Shown here in pieces: positions 35,731 through 47,914 of a DNA stretch of 64,000 bases. Under the pieces are notes generated by a model. It was not told the DNA's origin, made no database searches, and saw only the letters and a program-made list of their open reading frames with translations. Numbering within the stretch: the first letter of the stretch is position 1; each line of letters begins with the position of its first letter. Origin of the DNA: Macrostomum lignano (lineage: Eukaryota); the NCBI GenBank assembly GCA_002269645.1, contig NIVC01001945.1, forward strand, positions 155,512 to 219,511, read 5' to 3'. Both the position numbers and the translations under genes were made by a program.

Positions 35731-38700
35731 ATGCCTTACTTGGCCGCCGGCACCGAGAACGGCGCTGCCGTAGACGATGACGACGATCTGGACTGCTCCA
35801 TGCCGGAGCTGGCCAGCGACATCAGCATCGCCGACCTCGGCTGCGAGGCCGACAACGACGACGACACTCTGACTAACGATGAGGCGGCTGCTGCTGCCGC
35901 TCAGCGCCGCCGGTCGGGGCCCCGGCGCCTGTCGCTGCAACAGCGCAGGCGATTGAACCTGTACAGCAAGCCGGCCGTGCTGCCATCGCTCGACCTGATG
36001 GTCGCCCAGCAGCAGCAGCAGTCGCGACTGTCGGCTGTCGGACAAGCAGCTGACAGGCAGCGGCCGAAGCACAGCCAGAGAGACACGCCTACAATTCGAG
36101 AGGAAGATTCCGGATGCGGCTCGGCCAAGTCGCCAGATGTGAGTCCGAATGAAAAGGCAATGGGGGATTTGAGCAATGTTATCTAGGTAATGGGGATTTG
36201 AGCAATGTTATCTAGGCAATGGGGGATTTGAGCAATGTAATTTAGGTAATGGGGATTTGAGCAATGTAATCTAGGTAATGGGGATTTGAGAAATGTTATC
36301 AAGGTAATGGGGATTTGAGCAATGTTATCAAGGTAATGGGGATTTGAGCAATGTTATCAAGGTAATGGGGATTTGAGAAATGTTATCAAGGTTATGGGGA
36401 TTTGAGCAATGTAATCTAGATGATGGGGATTTGAGCAATGTAATCTAGGTAATGGGGATTTCAGCAATGTGATTTAGGTAATGGGGATTTGAGCAAAGTA
36501 ATCTGGGTAATGGGCATTTGAGCAATGTAATCTAGGTAATGGGCATTTCAGCAATGTAATCTAGTAATGGGATTTGAGGGATGTAATCTAGGTTATGGGG
36601 ATTTGAGGGATGTAATCTTGGTAATGGGGATTTGAGCAATGTAATTTAGGTAATGGGATTTGAGCAATGTAATCTAGGCAATTGGGGATTTGAGCAATGT
36701 GATCTAGGTAATCGTATTAGAGCAATGTAATCTAGGTGATGGGGATTTGAGTAATGGGATCCAAGCGATGGATTTGAGTAATGGGATCCAAGCGATGGGA
36801 TTTGAGTAATGGGATTCAAGCGATGGGATTTGAGTAATGGGATCCAAGCGATGGGATTTGAGTAATGGGATCCAAGCGATGGGATTTGAGTAATGGGATC
36901 CAAGCGATGGGATTTGAGTAATGGGATCCAAGCGATGGGATTTGAGCAATAGGAATCTAATCAGTGAATCGATGAGGCAAGTTTTGAAACATTTGTAGGG
37001 ATGACGCTGAGCTGTCTAATGCTATATGAGTCTGCAGTTGAATTTTATTAAATGCCAATTTACTGGGCCTGAAGCCTTAAGAAAATCCTATCTTACCTTT
37101 GCCCATGACAGTGCAGACTAATTATGCCTGTTTTTTATCAAACCAATTGCTTTCATGGTTCGTAAAATTTTAGAGTAAGTAAATACTCTCTGTTGTAGTA
37201 AAGTTTTTTGCATAGCACCAAATTGAACTTGATCTGCACGCTTAGTATATGTACTTGTTGCTTGGGGCATCATATTCCAATATTCTTTATTTATAGTTGG
37301 GATTTTTCCAATCCAACTTGTACGGGGATGAATCTGATTTTGTTGATCAGTTTGTGAGTCTGCTGCTCAAGTTGGTAAATCAGTAACTTAAAAATTAGCT
37401 CTTCAGTGTCAGTTCTTGTGTACACTTGAAATCGCTTGTTCATCCCGAATGTTCTACTTGCCGTAGTATTCCAGTAGTAGTATTCCAGTAGTATTCCAGT
37501 GCATCCGCATGAGCTACGAGATTAGCAGTGGATTTAAAGACTATCCCACCACTGTCGTCCCCCTCTTTCCATCAACCAGCAGACAGCTGAGGACTTTGGC
37601 AGCAGCGGTTCCGCATCGAAACGCGGCCGGACAGTGTCCGAGCCGCTCGACTCGCCAGACACCACCGGCTCTGCCGACGCTGAACACGGCGCCCAGGCCA
37701 GCGAGCAGGGGCCGGGGCTGGCGGGCAAAAAGCCGGGAATCGCCGCCAGGATCAGAACTGTGTCGGCGTCGCATTCTGTGAGCCTTTGTTTTAATAAATG
37801 AAGCATGCCTACCGTAGAAATTGCGAAACAATTCTAGTTGCTAAGCTACCACATTCGGTCGCTAAGCTACCACATTCGGTCGCTAAGCTACCACATTCGG
37901 TCGCTAAGCTACCAGCTTCGGTTCCTAAGCTACCAGATACGGTTGCTAAAGTACGAGCATTAGATTCGGTTGCTAAGCTACATTAGATTCGGTTGCTAAG
38001 CTACATTAGATTTGGTTGCTAAGCTACATTAGATTCGGTTGCTAAGCTACATTAGATTTGGTTGCTAAGCTACATTAGATTCGGTTGCTAAGCTACATTA
38101 GATTTGGTTGCTAAGCTACATTAGATTTGGTTGCTAAGCTACATTAGATTTGGTTGCTAAGCAACACCAGACTCGGTTGCTAAGCTACACCAGGCTCGGT
38201 TGCTAAGGCACCAGACTCGGTTGTTAAGCTGTACCAGATTCGGTTAATAAGCTACACCAGACTTGGTTGCTAAAGCACCAGACTCGGTTGCTAAGGCACC
38301 AGACTCGGTTGCTAAGGCACCAGACTCGGTTGCTAAGGCACCAGACTCGGTTGTTAAGCTGTACCAGATACGGTTGCTAAGCTACCAGATTCTGTTTCTA
38401 AGGCACCAGACTCGGTTGTTAAGCTGTACCAGATTTGTTTGCTAAGCTACATTAGATTCGGTTGCTAAGCTACATTAGATTCGGTTCCTAAGCTGTCTCC
38501 CTTCACCTGACATCAGGGCACCGGCGGTTCGTCCCGTTGGCCCGAGCGCTGAACCTGGTGTTCCAGAATTTGAAAAACGACGTTTGGCGCGACATGCCGG
38601 TGGCCAGCATCCCCGAGGAGACGGCCATCCGTCATCGCTACAACGCGCACAAGCGGCAGTGGGTTCACGACACGGTTCGGGTTAAAATCGAACCAACGCC

Positions 38701-41700
38701 CTTCAACAGGGGCGCCATGCGCGAGTGCTTCCGGCTGAAGAAGCTGTCGGGCTTCAGCAAGTTCGAGAGCTGGCACAGCCGGGCCTGCAACTACGTGGCT
38801 AAAAAGTACATCGAGACAGTCGATCCCAGCGTGTACTTTGAGGACGCCAGGCTGCAGATGAACGCGAAGCTGTGGGCACAAGAGTACAATCGGCATAACC
38901 CCCCTAAGAAAGTGGACATCATGCAGATGTACGTCATTGAGTTCAAGGACCGCGAGGGCGCCCCGCTGTACCACCTGGAGCACCACATCGAAGGCGAGTA
39001 CATCAAGCACAACAGCAACAGCGGCTTCGTTGACGAGAACGCCCGGAGGACGCCGCACGCGCTCAGCCATTTCACATTCGAGCGCAGCGGCCACCAGCTG
39101 ATTGTGGTTGACATCCAGGGGGTGGACGATATCTACACAGATCCGCAGATCCACACGGCCGAGGGCAAAGAGTACGGCGACGGTAATCTGGGCGTCCGCG
39201 GCATGGCGCTGTTCTTCTCGTCCCACGTGTGCAACGATATCTGCCGCCGCCTGCGGCTGTCCCGCTTCGACCTGGCGCCCAGCGAGTGCGTGGAGTCGCC
39301 GTCTCCGGTGAGTGGGGAATCAGGGCGGCCGAGAGGCAAGTGGGAGACAGGTGTTTGATGGGAGACAGGTGTTTGATGGGAGACAGGTGTTTGATGGGAG
39401 ACAGGTGTTTGATGGGAGACAGGTGTTTGATGGGAGACAGGTGTTTGATGGGAAACAGGTGTTTGATGGGAGACAGGTGTTTGATGGGAGACAGGTGTTT
39501 GATGGGAGACAGGTGTTTGATGGGAGACAGGTGTTTGATGGGAGACAGGTGTTTGATGGGAGACAGGTGTTTGATGGGAGACAGGTGTTTGATGGGAGAC
39601 AGGTGTTTGATGGGAGACAGGTGTTTGATGGGAGACAGGTGTTTGATGGGAGACAGGTGTTTGATGGGAGACAGGTGTTTGATGGGAGACAGGTGTTTGA
39701 TGGGAGACAGGTGTTTGATGGGAGACAGGTGTTTGATGGGAGACAGGTGTTTGATGGGAGACAGGTGTTTGATGGGAGACAGGTGTTTGATGGGAGACAG
39801 GTGTTTGATGGGAGACAGGTGTTTGATGGGAGACAGGTGTTTGATGGGAGACAGGTGTTTGATGGGAGACAGGTGTTTGATGGGAGACAGGTGTTTGATG
39901 GGAGACAGGTGTTTGATGGGAGACAGGTGTTTGATGGGAGACAGGTGTTTGATGGGAGACAGGTGTTTGATGGGAGACAGGTGTTTGATGGGAGACAGGT
40001 GTTTGATGGGAGACAGGTGTTTGATGGGAGACAGGTGTTTGATGGGAGACAGGTGTTTGATGGGAGACAGGTGTTTGATGGGAGACAGGTGTTTGATGGG
40101 AGACAGGTGTTTGATGGGAGACAGGTGTTTGATGGGAGACAGGTGTTTGATGGGAGACAGGTGTTTGATGGGAGACAGGTGTTTGATGGGAGACAGGTGT
40201 TTGATGGGAGACAGGTGTTTGATGGGAAACAGGTGTTTGATGGGAGACAGGTGTTTGATGGGAGACAGGTGTTTGATGGGAGACAGGTGTTTGATGGGAG
40301 ACAGGTGTTTGATGGGAGACAGGTGTTTGATGGGAGACAGGTGTTTGATGGGAGACAGGTGTTTGATGAGAGATGCGCGCTTTAGATACTGGAGGAGAGG
40401 GTAGAGAGATAGGAGAGGGGAGAGAGATATGAGAAGGGGGAGAGAGGGGAGAGGGGAGAGAGAGATAGGAGAGGGGAGAGAGATATGAGAAGGGGGAGAG
40501 AGGGGAGAGGGGAGAGAGAGATAGGAGGGGGAGAGAGAGATATGAGAAAGGGGAGAGATATGAGAGGGGAGAGAGAGATTGGAGAAGGGAGAGAGAGATA
40601 GGAGAGGAGAGAGAGATAGGAGAGGGGAGAGAGATAGGAGAGGGGAGAGAGAGATAGGAGAGGAGAGAGAGATAGGAGAGGGGAGAGATGTCATCTAAGT
40701 GCTGATTGGCCTGGCATTGCAGATGCAGACGAACAACGCCACCTGCGTCAGAGGCGATGTCTTCGCCGTTGGCAGCCCGATGTCTCCTCCAAGCATTCTC
40801 GACTCCGGCTGCAGCACCGAGGACGACGACGGCTGCGATTCGTCACCGGGCGGGTACGGCAGCAGCGGCGGCGCCGGACCGTTTGGCAGCCGCTTCAGGA
40901 GACGGCGAACCACCTCGGGCGATGAGATGACTCCCGTGAGTTCTCCTACTCACTCTCCTGCTTGCTGCAGCCTCTCAGCTTTCTCTTACCATCTCTGTTC
41001 CCCCTCTGATCTGCTTGAGATTCCTCTCTGATCTCCCTGAGATCCCCTCTGACCTCCCTGAGATCCCTCTCTGATCTCCCTGAGATCCCCTCTGACCTCC
41101 CTGAGATCCCTCTCTGATCTCCCTGAGATTCCTCTCAGATCTCCCTGAGATCCCTCTCTGATCTCCCTGAGATTCCTCCCTGATCTCCCTGAGATCCCTC
41201 TCTAATCTCCCTGAGATGCCTCTGATCTGTACCAATGCCATTCTTCAGTCTCTCTAAATTACAAACATTTTCTTAGCTACCGTTTACCTTGTGATTAAAT
41301 GCACTTGAATTTCCCAGGTGACAGAAAATGAAGAATTGAAGCCGGTTAGAAAATTTCAGAAGATATGTATTTTGCCGATGCAGCACTTTAACAGCGATTT
41401 TTGTAAATATTCACTAAACTAACATTCTCAAATGCTGCAGTGGAGCTCAGAATGCATTGAAAATAATATCTAACAATCTCACTTTAAAATACATCATTTC
41501 AGCTGTAACCCTTTAGCTAACTGAGTGAATGAGTTCGAATAACATAAATGGTATAGATAATAATCAATTATTCCATAGCTGGCTAATAAATACTAGTGCT
41601 CACTATTGTTAAAACATTATCGATGGTTTTTCGTAACATTAACCAGGTAGACGGGCTTTGAAAAATACCATAGAAATCAGATGGGACAATCCCAAAGAAA

Positions 41701-43978
41701 CCGAACTTTTCCGGAATCCCATAGCAACCGGATATGGACACAATCCCATAGCAACTAGATATGGACACAATCTCATAGCAACCGGATCTGGACACAATCC
41801 CATAGCAACCGGATCTGGACACAATCCCATAGCAACTACAACTAGATATGGACACAATCCCATAGCAACCGGATATGGACACAATCCCATAGCGACCGGA
41901 TATGGACACAATCCCATAGCAACCGGATCTGGACACAATCCCATAGCAACTACAACTAGATATGGACACAATCCCATAGCAACCGGATATGGACACAATC
42001 CCATAGCGACCGGATATGGACACAATCCCATAGCAACCGGATATGGACACAATCCCATAGCAACCGGATCTGGACACAATCCCATAGCAACCGGATATGG
42101 ACACAATCCCATAGCAACCGGATCTGGACACAATCCCATAGCAACCGGATATGGACACAATCCCATAGCAACCGGATCTGGACACAATCCCATAGCAACC
42201 GGATATGGACACAATCCCATAGCAACCGGATATGGACACAATCTCATAGCAACCGGATCTGGACACAATCCCATAGCAACCGGATCTGGACACAATCCCA
42301 TAGCAACCGGATATGGACACAATCCCATAGCAACCGGATATGGACACAATCCCATAGCAACCGGATATGGACACAATCCCTTAGCAACCGGATATGGACA
42401 CAATCCCATGGCAACCGGATATAAACAGGTCTCTTAGCAACCTAATGCTATAAAATCCCCGATTCCAGGAGGAGGAACTCGCCGCCCTATCGGCAGCCCT
42501 GAAGCGCCGCGAGCGGCCCTCCTGTGTGCCCGGCAATCTGCTGCGCTGCGGCTGCGACAGCGGCGTCACCGCCGACGCCGGCACGTCCGGCCTTGGAGCC
42601 GTGTTCATCCAGTCCCGCTCGGAGGATGACAGCGTCAGCGACACGGGCAGCTGCGGCCACCAGCACCAGCCGCTGCCGGGCATGCCGGAGGTCCGCTGCA
42701 ACGGTCCGATCCTCGGCCGCATTCACCACGAGATGACTCGGCTGCACGACGCCGGTCGGATGGTTGCCTTGGAAACCGACAATCGCGACAAAAACGACAT
42801 CGTCGACGACGACGATAAAGTGATCGGGCAGAGCTGCCCGCCCGGCCAGCTGGAGGCGATGATCGACTGGCCTGCGGCGCTGTTCCACGAGCGCCTGGCC
42901 GCCCAGCTTGGCGTGGTCGAGGCCGCGGTGAACCTGGCCCGTCTGCACCTCGGCCTGCCCGCCGACTGTCTGCAGGCTGCGCCAGCCGCGGCGCTGCGGC
43001 CCAGCGCAGCCGAGGGTCACAGGTGGATGGAGGCCGCTGCCAAGCTGGGCGACAGGTCCGCTATGCTGTACCTGGCTCGGGCGCATGACACCGGCGACAC
43101 CGAGGGCCTCGTGCGGGACTGGGACAGGTAGGCGGCTGAGGCGTGTCGGGGGATTCTGGAGGCTGGCATGTGATGGGGAATTCAGGGGCTGGCATGTGAT
43201 GGGGAATTCAGGGGCTGGCATGTGATGGGGAATTCAGGGGCTGGCATGTGATGGGGAATTCAGGGGCTGGCATGTGATGGGGAATTCAGGGGCTGGCATG
43301 TGATGGGGAATTCAGGGGCTGGCATGTGATGGGGACTTCAGGAGGCTGGTATGTCATGGGGAATTCAGGAGGCTGGTATGTCATGGGGAATTCAGGAGGC
43401 TGGTATGTCATGGGGAATTCAGGAGGCTGGTATGTCATGGGGAATTCAGGAGGCTGGTATGTCATGGGGAATTCAGGAGGCTGGTATGTCATGGGGAATT
43501 CAGGAGGCTGGTATGTCATGGGGATTTCAGGAGGCTGGCATGTGATGGGGAATTCAGGATGCTGGCATGTGATGGGGAATTCAGGATGCTGGCATGTGAT
43601 GGGGAATTCAGGATGCTGGCATGTGATGGGGAATTCAGGATGCTGGCATGTGATCGGGAATTCAAGAGAATTCAACCACCCCCTCCCAGGGCCACCCACT
43701 ATTACCATCGGGCCCTGGCCAGCAGCGGTCAGACGGACCGCGAAGGCGGCTACGACAGCCTGGACACGCCGGCTTACCTTCTGCGGGCCCGCCTGGCCGA
43801 GCTCTACCTGCGCGGCGGCTACGGGCTGGACGCCGACCCGGCCTCTAGCAGCGAGATCTATGGCGAGGCCGCCGAGGAGGCCATGGCCGAAGGCAACGGC
43901 AAGCTGGCCGCCAAGTACTACGCCCTGGCCGAGGAGGCGGCGGCTCTAGTGCCCGACGATGAGGAAGCGGTTGAGTAG
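35731..43978 (+). CDS. eEF2K: Eukaryotic elongation factor 2 kinase (alpha-kinase plus SEL1-like repeats), 6 exons, ~850 aa
   Basis: Exons: 35731-36138, 37583-37777, 38517-39307, 40723-40935, 42469-43127, 43690-43978, all with GT-AG introns. Alpha-kinase motifs RHRYNA, PFNRGAMRECFR, YVAKKY, EHHIEGEYIKHNSNSG, VVDIQGV, YTDPQIHT and GDGNLG, and the C-terminal KLAAKYYALAEEA helix. One 1-nt frameshift near 38539. The start codon is uncertain. Confidence 0.9.
36160..36950. repeat. Intronic 29-bp (GGGGATTTGAGCAATGTAATCTAGGTAAT) then 28-bp minisatellite
   Basis: eEF2K intron 1; direct reading. Confidence 0.9.
37838..38492. repeat. Intronic 21-23-bp minisatellite (TTCGGTTGCTAAGCTACATTAGA)
   Basis: eEF2K intron 2. 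Confidence 0.9.
39343..40372. repeat. Intronic 18-bp minisatellite (GGGAGACAGGTGTTTGAT) x~57
   Basis: eEF2K intron 3; near-perfect, followed by a GA-rich tract to ~40690. Confidence 0.97.
41005..41230. repeat. Intronic ~22-bp repeat (TCTGATCTCCCTGAGATCCCTC)
   Basis: eEF2K intron 4. Confidence 0.85.
41715..42425. repeat. Intronic 27-bp minisatellite (CACAATCCCATAGCAACCGGATATGGA)
   Basis: eEF2K intron 4. Confidence 0.93.
43158..43665. repeat. Intronic 26/27-bp minisatellite (GGGGCTGGCATGTGATGGGGAATTCA)
   Basis: eEF2K intron 5. Confidence 0.9.
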
Positions 43979-44111
43979 TGAATGACCTCGGTTGTACTCA
44001 GAATTTGGGATTTTACTGATAAATATCATTTATTTATCATTTTACTACCCTTTCTATATTTTTTAAAAATTAGCGTAGTCTACTGTTAGTAGTGTAAATG
44101 TGCTATTTAGT

Positions 44112-44368
44112 TTCTCTACGCTACATATCGGCTAGCCCTAATTATAGATTGTTTAGACAATATGGATGGGCTAATTAAGATTTCTACGCTACATATCGGC
44201 TAACCCTAGTTATGGATTGTTTAGACAATATGGATGAGCTAATTAAGTTTTCTACGCTACATATCGGCTAACTCAAATTAAGGATTGTTTAGACAATATA
44301 GATGAGCTAATTAAGTTTTCTACGCTACATATCGGCTAACCCTAAGTAAGGATTGTTTAGGCAATATG
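44112..44368. repeat. 68-bp tandem repeat x~3.7
   Basis: CTACGCTACATATCGGCTA at 44116, 44184, 44252 and 44320. Confidence 0.9.
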
Positions 44369-45245
44369 TAGAAGGGTCCAAAATAGCTTGCAAAGGTTAA
44401 ACTATTGTTAAAATATTACCTGCACTCGCTCACCTGTCGTTTTTGTTATCTCATTAATTAACTGCAGATCTGGCTTATTTAATAACTACCTGTACAAATA
44501 ATTTCTTGCTTTTCCCCCATTTATTGACTCTATTACAATAAACAGATAGCTGTTAATTATTTTTTTAGAGAAATAATATGCCAAACCTTTCATTGCCTGT
44601 TTTGTCAAACCCTGTCATTCCTTTGCTATCCCACTGCTATCTGCGCAATCGTTTAAAACTGAGCTCATTAGGAATATTGGAGTCATCGCGGCATTAAATC
44701 TTTCTCTAATTTGCGTGCGTCATCCATTTCTTAATCTATCGTATTTTGTAATTCTGTAATTCTTACAGAAATCATTGTTGTCCGATCAGTTTCTCCTACT
44801 GTTAGTAGCGCTCTTTGGTTTTTACCCGCCTTTTTGTACATAGAAGAAGCGACTTTCATCCACATTTGCATTAATCATTGATCGGAGTGAACCGAATCGT
44901 TAAAAACGGAGTCGTGTCTTAATATTTTTCCTAGGCTTAGAATTTTTACTTCACTACTCGGATTGCACTACTTATTTGGTATTTTACTGAGTAGAAAAGC
45001 TCGAGCTTTTGTTGCGGAATCTGTATAAAATATTTCTGTTATTTCTGTCAGTTAACGCAGTAATCTGTGTGTTGCTTGGATGCCGCTTTCATTGACCTTC
45101 TATTGAAAAGAAAATTAACAAAAATATTTCTCACCTCATTAAAGCGAATTCCTCTCGCGTGGACATTGATGCTTTTCTATATTTTCTGGTACAAAGCAAT
45201 CTGCCTCTGCATCCGTTATTGATTGTCTTTTTTGCTTTTACTCCG

Positions 45246-45910
45246 ATCCTCAGTTGCTGGGCCAGCCTCCCAGATCCTCAGTTGCTGGGCCAGCCTCCCA
45301 GATCCTCAGTTGCTGGGCCACCAGCCTCCCAGATCCTCAGTTGCTGGGCCAGCCTCCCTGATCCTCAGTTGCTGGGCCAGCCTCCCTGATCCTCAGTTGC
45401 TGGGCCACCAGCCTCCCAGATCCTCAGTTGCTGGGCCAGCCTCCCTGATCCTCAGTTGCTGGGCCACCAGCCTCCCAGATCCTCAGTTGCTGGGCCAGCC
45501 TCCCAGATCCTCAGTTGCTGGGCCAGCCTCCCTGATCCTCAGTTGCTGGGCCAGCCTCCCTGATCCTCAGTTGCTGGGCCACCAGCCTCCCAGATCCTCA
45601 GTTGCTGGGCCAGCCTCCCTGATCCTCAGTTGCTGGGCCACCAGCCTCCCAGATCCTCAGTTTCTGGGCCAGCCTCCCAGATCCTCAGTTGCTGGGCCAG
45701 CCTCCCAGAGTGTCAGTTGCTGGGCCAGCCTCCCTGATCCTCAGTTGCTGGGCCAGCCTCCCAGAGTGTCAGTTGCTGGGCCAGCCTCCCTGATCCTCAG
45801 TTGCTGGGCCAGCCTCCCAGATCCTCAGTTGCTGGGCCAGCCTCCCTGATCCTCAGTTGCTGGGCCAGCCTCCCAGATCCTCAGTTGCTGGGCCAGCCTC
45901 CCAGTTGCTG
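45246..45910. repeat. 28/31-bp minisatellite (CAGATCCTCAGTTGCTGGGCCAGCCTCC)
   Basis: Direct reading. Confidence 0.92.
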
Positions 45911-46720
45911 GGTCACTGACACCTTCCCTGCTGGATAAATTTGCATTAGGTTTCCGTAGTCACTCGGTGCTACTCGTTGAAGGAGGCAACGGCGTCTGAA
46001 TTACGACGGAATGCTTGAGAGACCAGCTGAGGATGTCCAGCAGTTGAGGCTTTCCCACTGTCTAGACTTGATCAGCGAAACTAGAGAAATTTGCAACAGC
46101 GTGTCCACAGTCATCTGGTGCCACCTGTTGAAGGTCTGGACGCTACGCCTGGGTGAAGGCCAGTAAGCAACGAAGTCAGAGCTGATGCAGACACATGTGG
46201 TCGACGTGCTGATGAAATTTGGAGGCAGGGGGGGGGGTTGTTTGACGGGCGAAAAAAGACTTGAATTTTCTTCTGGATTACCAAGCTAAATGTGAAGCTT
46301 CAAGTCTGTGAAGTCGGCCAGGTCAACCAGTTCCTTCCGTGCAAGTGCTTGCTTAGCCGCCGCTTGCACCCGCAGTGATTACTTGTTGCCGTGGGCCCTA
46401 GCCAGGCCACTCAGTCAGTCAGTCTCTAGCTTCATCGTCCCCGCCCAGTTCGATGCGCAGCCGCATCGGTGCAGCCAATTTTCAAATTTTCCAATTCCCA
46501 GAGCGGGAGCGATGTGCCCCATTAGAACTCGTCAGGCTAGTTGTAGAGAGAGAGAGGATCGCGGCGGGGCCCGGGCCTCAACTATAGGGCAATTGGATTT
46601 CGATTCTGATTTGGTTTGGGCAAGCACGAAGGCTGGGCATGAGGACGAGTTTTTAGTATTCTTTTTGAGAGCAACAACTACTTTGCTCCGTTGTTGAGAC
46701 TTGTCTTAGCTGTGTTTTTT

Positions 46721-47114
46721 TGGCATCGTTGCCTCCAGGAGAAAATCCGCAGTGAGGAATGCCCTTTCTGCCTCTCCGGTGTCGAGAATGCGGAGCACTT
46801 CATCTGTGAATGCCACGCCTTTACTCAGGACAGGCTCACCTACCTCGGCCCAAACCCGGACCTCTCCGACGTTTTCAGGCCCGAGAATCTCTGCCAGCTC
46901 GTCCGCTACCTAAGGGCTACCGGGCAAGCGACAATCCACCTCCTGGACTCTCCGGAGGGGGACCGCGCTGCGGACGCCGGCGCCACCGGAACTCCCTGCG
47001 CGACACCGCAGCACTAGCTGCCCGTGGTCGCCAGGGGTTAGCGAAATGGGCGGCAACGCCTCCTCGCTGTTTCCGGACGCACGGAGCCCCCTGCAGCTAA
47101 GTCAAGTAAGTAAG
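46721..47114 (+). mobile_element. 5'-truncated non-LTR retrotransposon (ORF2 C-terminal Zn knuckle plus 3' tail)
   Basis: [30 protein letters not shown]; (TAAG)-type tail; 14-bp TSD TAGCTGTGTTTTTT at 46707-46720 and 47115-47128. Confidence 0.85.
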
Positions 47115-47768
47115 TAGCTGTGTTTTTTGTGTTTCTGCGCTTGCGGTGTCGCGTTTCAGATAGTCTGAGGCGTTTTTTTTAACTTACTTAGCAACTAATC
47201 TCCCTCCACAAAGCAGAGCGAGACAACCGCAGAGGCGCATCGACAGTCGGGACTGGATAATCTTGTCAGCCCCGCGTACAGAGAAAGGAGGACCTGGAGA
47301 GACACCCAGCCCGGAGTCAAGCAGTAAAAGTTTGTTAGATAAGAGACGAGTTCGAAGAGCGGAGGGGAGAAGTTCGACATGAAACTCGGGGGGGGGGGCT
47401 CGGCGGCTAATTGAGTTTCTGATGCGGAGAAAGTCAGGTTTTTGCCCGAACGCTGAACTGACTGAACTGGGCCTCGCAAACACGGCAATAGGATCGCTCC
47501 CATTGGCTCGCACGAAATTCCGCTCGTGTTCGCCCTGCCACTTGGTTTTAAATACTTCCTTCCCTGATTGACCGAACGCGAAGTGAATCTCGATCGCTTA
47601 TCAGCTTTGCAGGCTCGGATTTCATCACTTTGAAAGCTCCTTTCTCTTCGCGGACAGTTGCCGACGCCTTGTCAGCCAGCACGACGGCTCCCCAGCTCCT
47701 GTCGGAATCCCAATAATCTGCAACTCCCTGCGCGCCTGGAGACTAACGATCCGTCGGGCGTTTTTCTG

Positions 47769-47805
<37 letters not shown>

Positions 47806-47914
47806 CCTCTCGCGGTGCAGCCAGTCCAATCTGGGACTAGCGGCTGTCCTCTCGCATCCTCCTGTCGGGTTGTAGAAAAGCCAGACGCAGCCTGAAGCAA
47901 GACTGATCGCCTAT

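Noticed and set aside
39072-42437. Repeat ORFs (IKHLSP)n, (MGDRCL)n and (GYGHNPIAT)n
   Set aside because: They lie wholly within eEF2K introns and reflect 18- and 27-bp units divisible by three.
38513-43221. Antisense ORFs 38513-39226 and 42487-43221 (also 55842-56873)
   Set aside because: Shadows of GC-rich coding exons on the opposite strand.
44112-44368. CRISPR-like spacing of 68-bp units (and other arrays)
   Set aside because: Entire units are repeated with no unique spacers; eukaryotic context and no cas genes.
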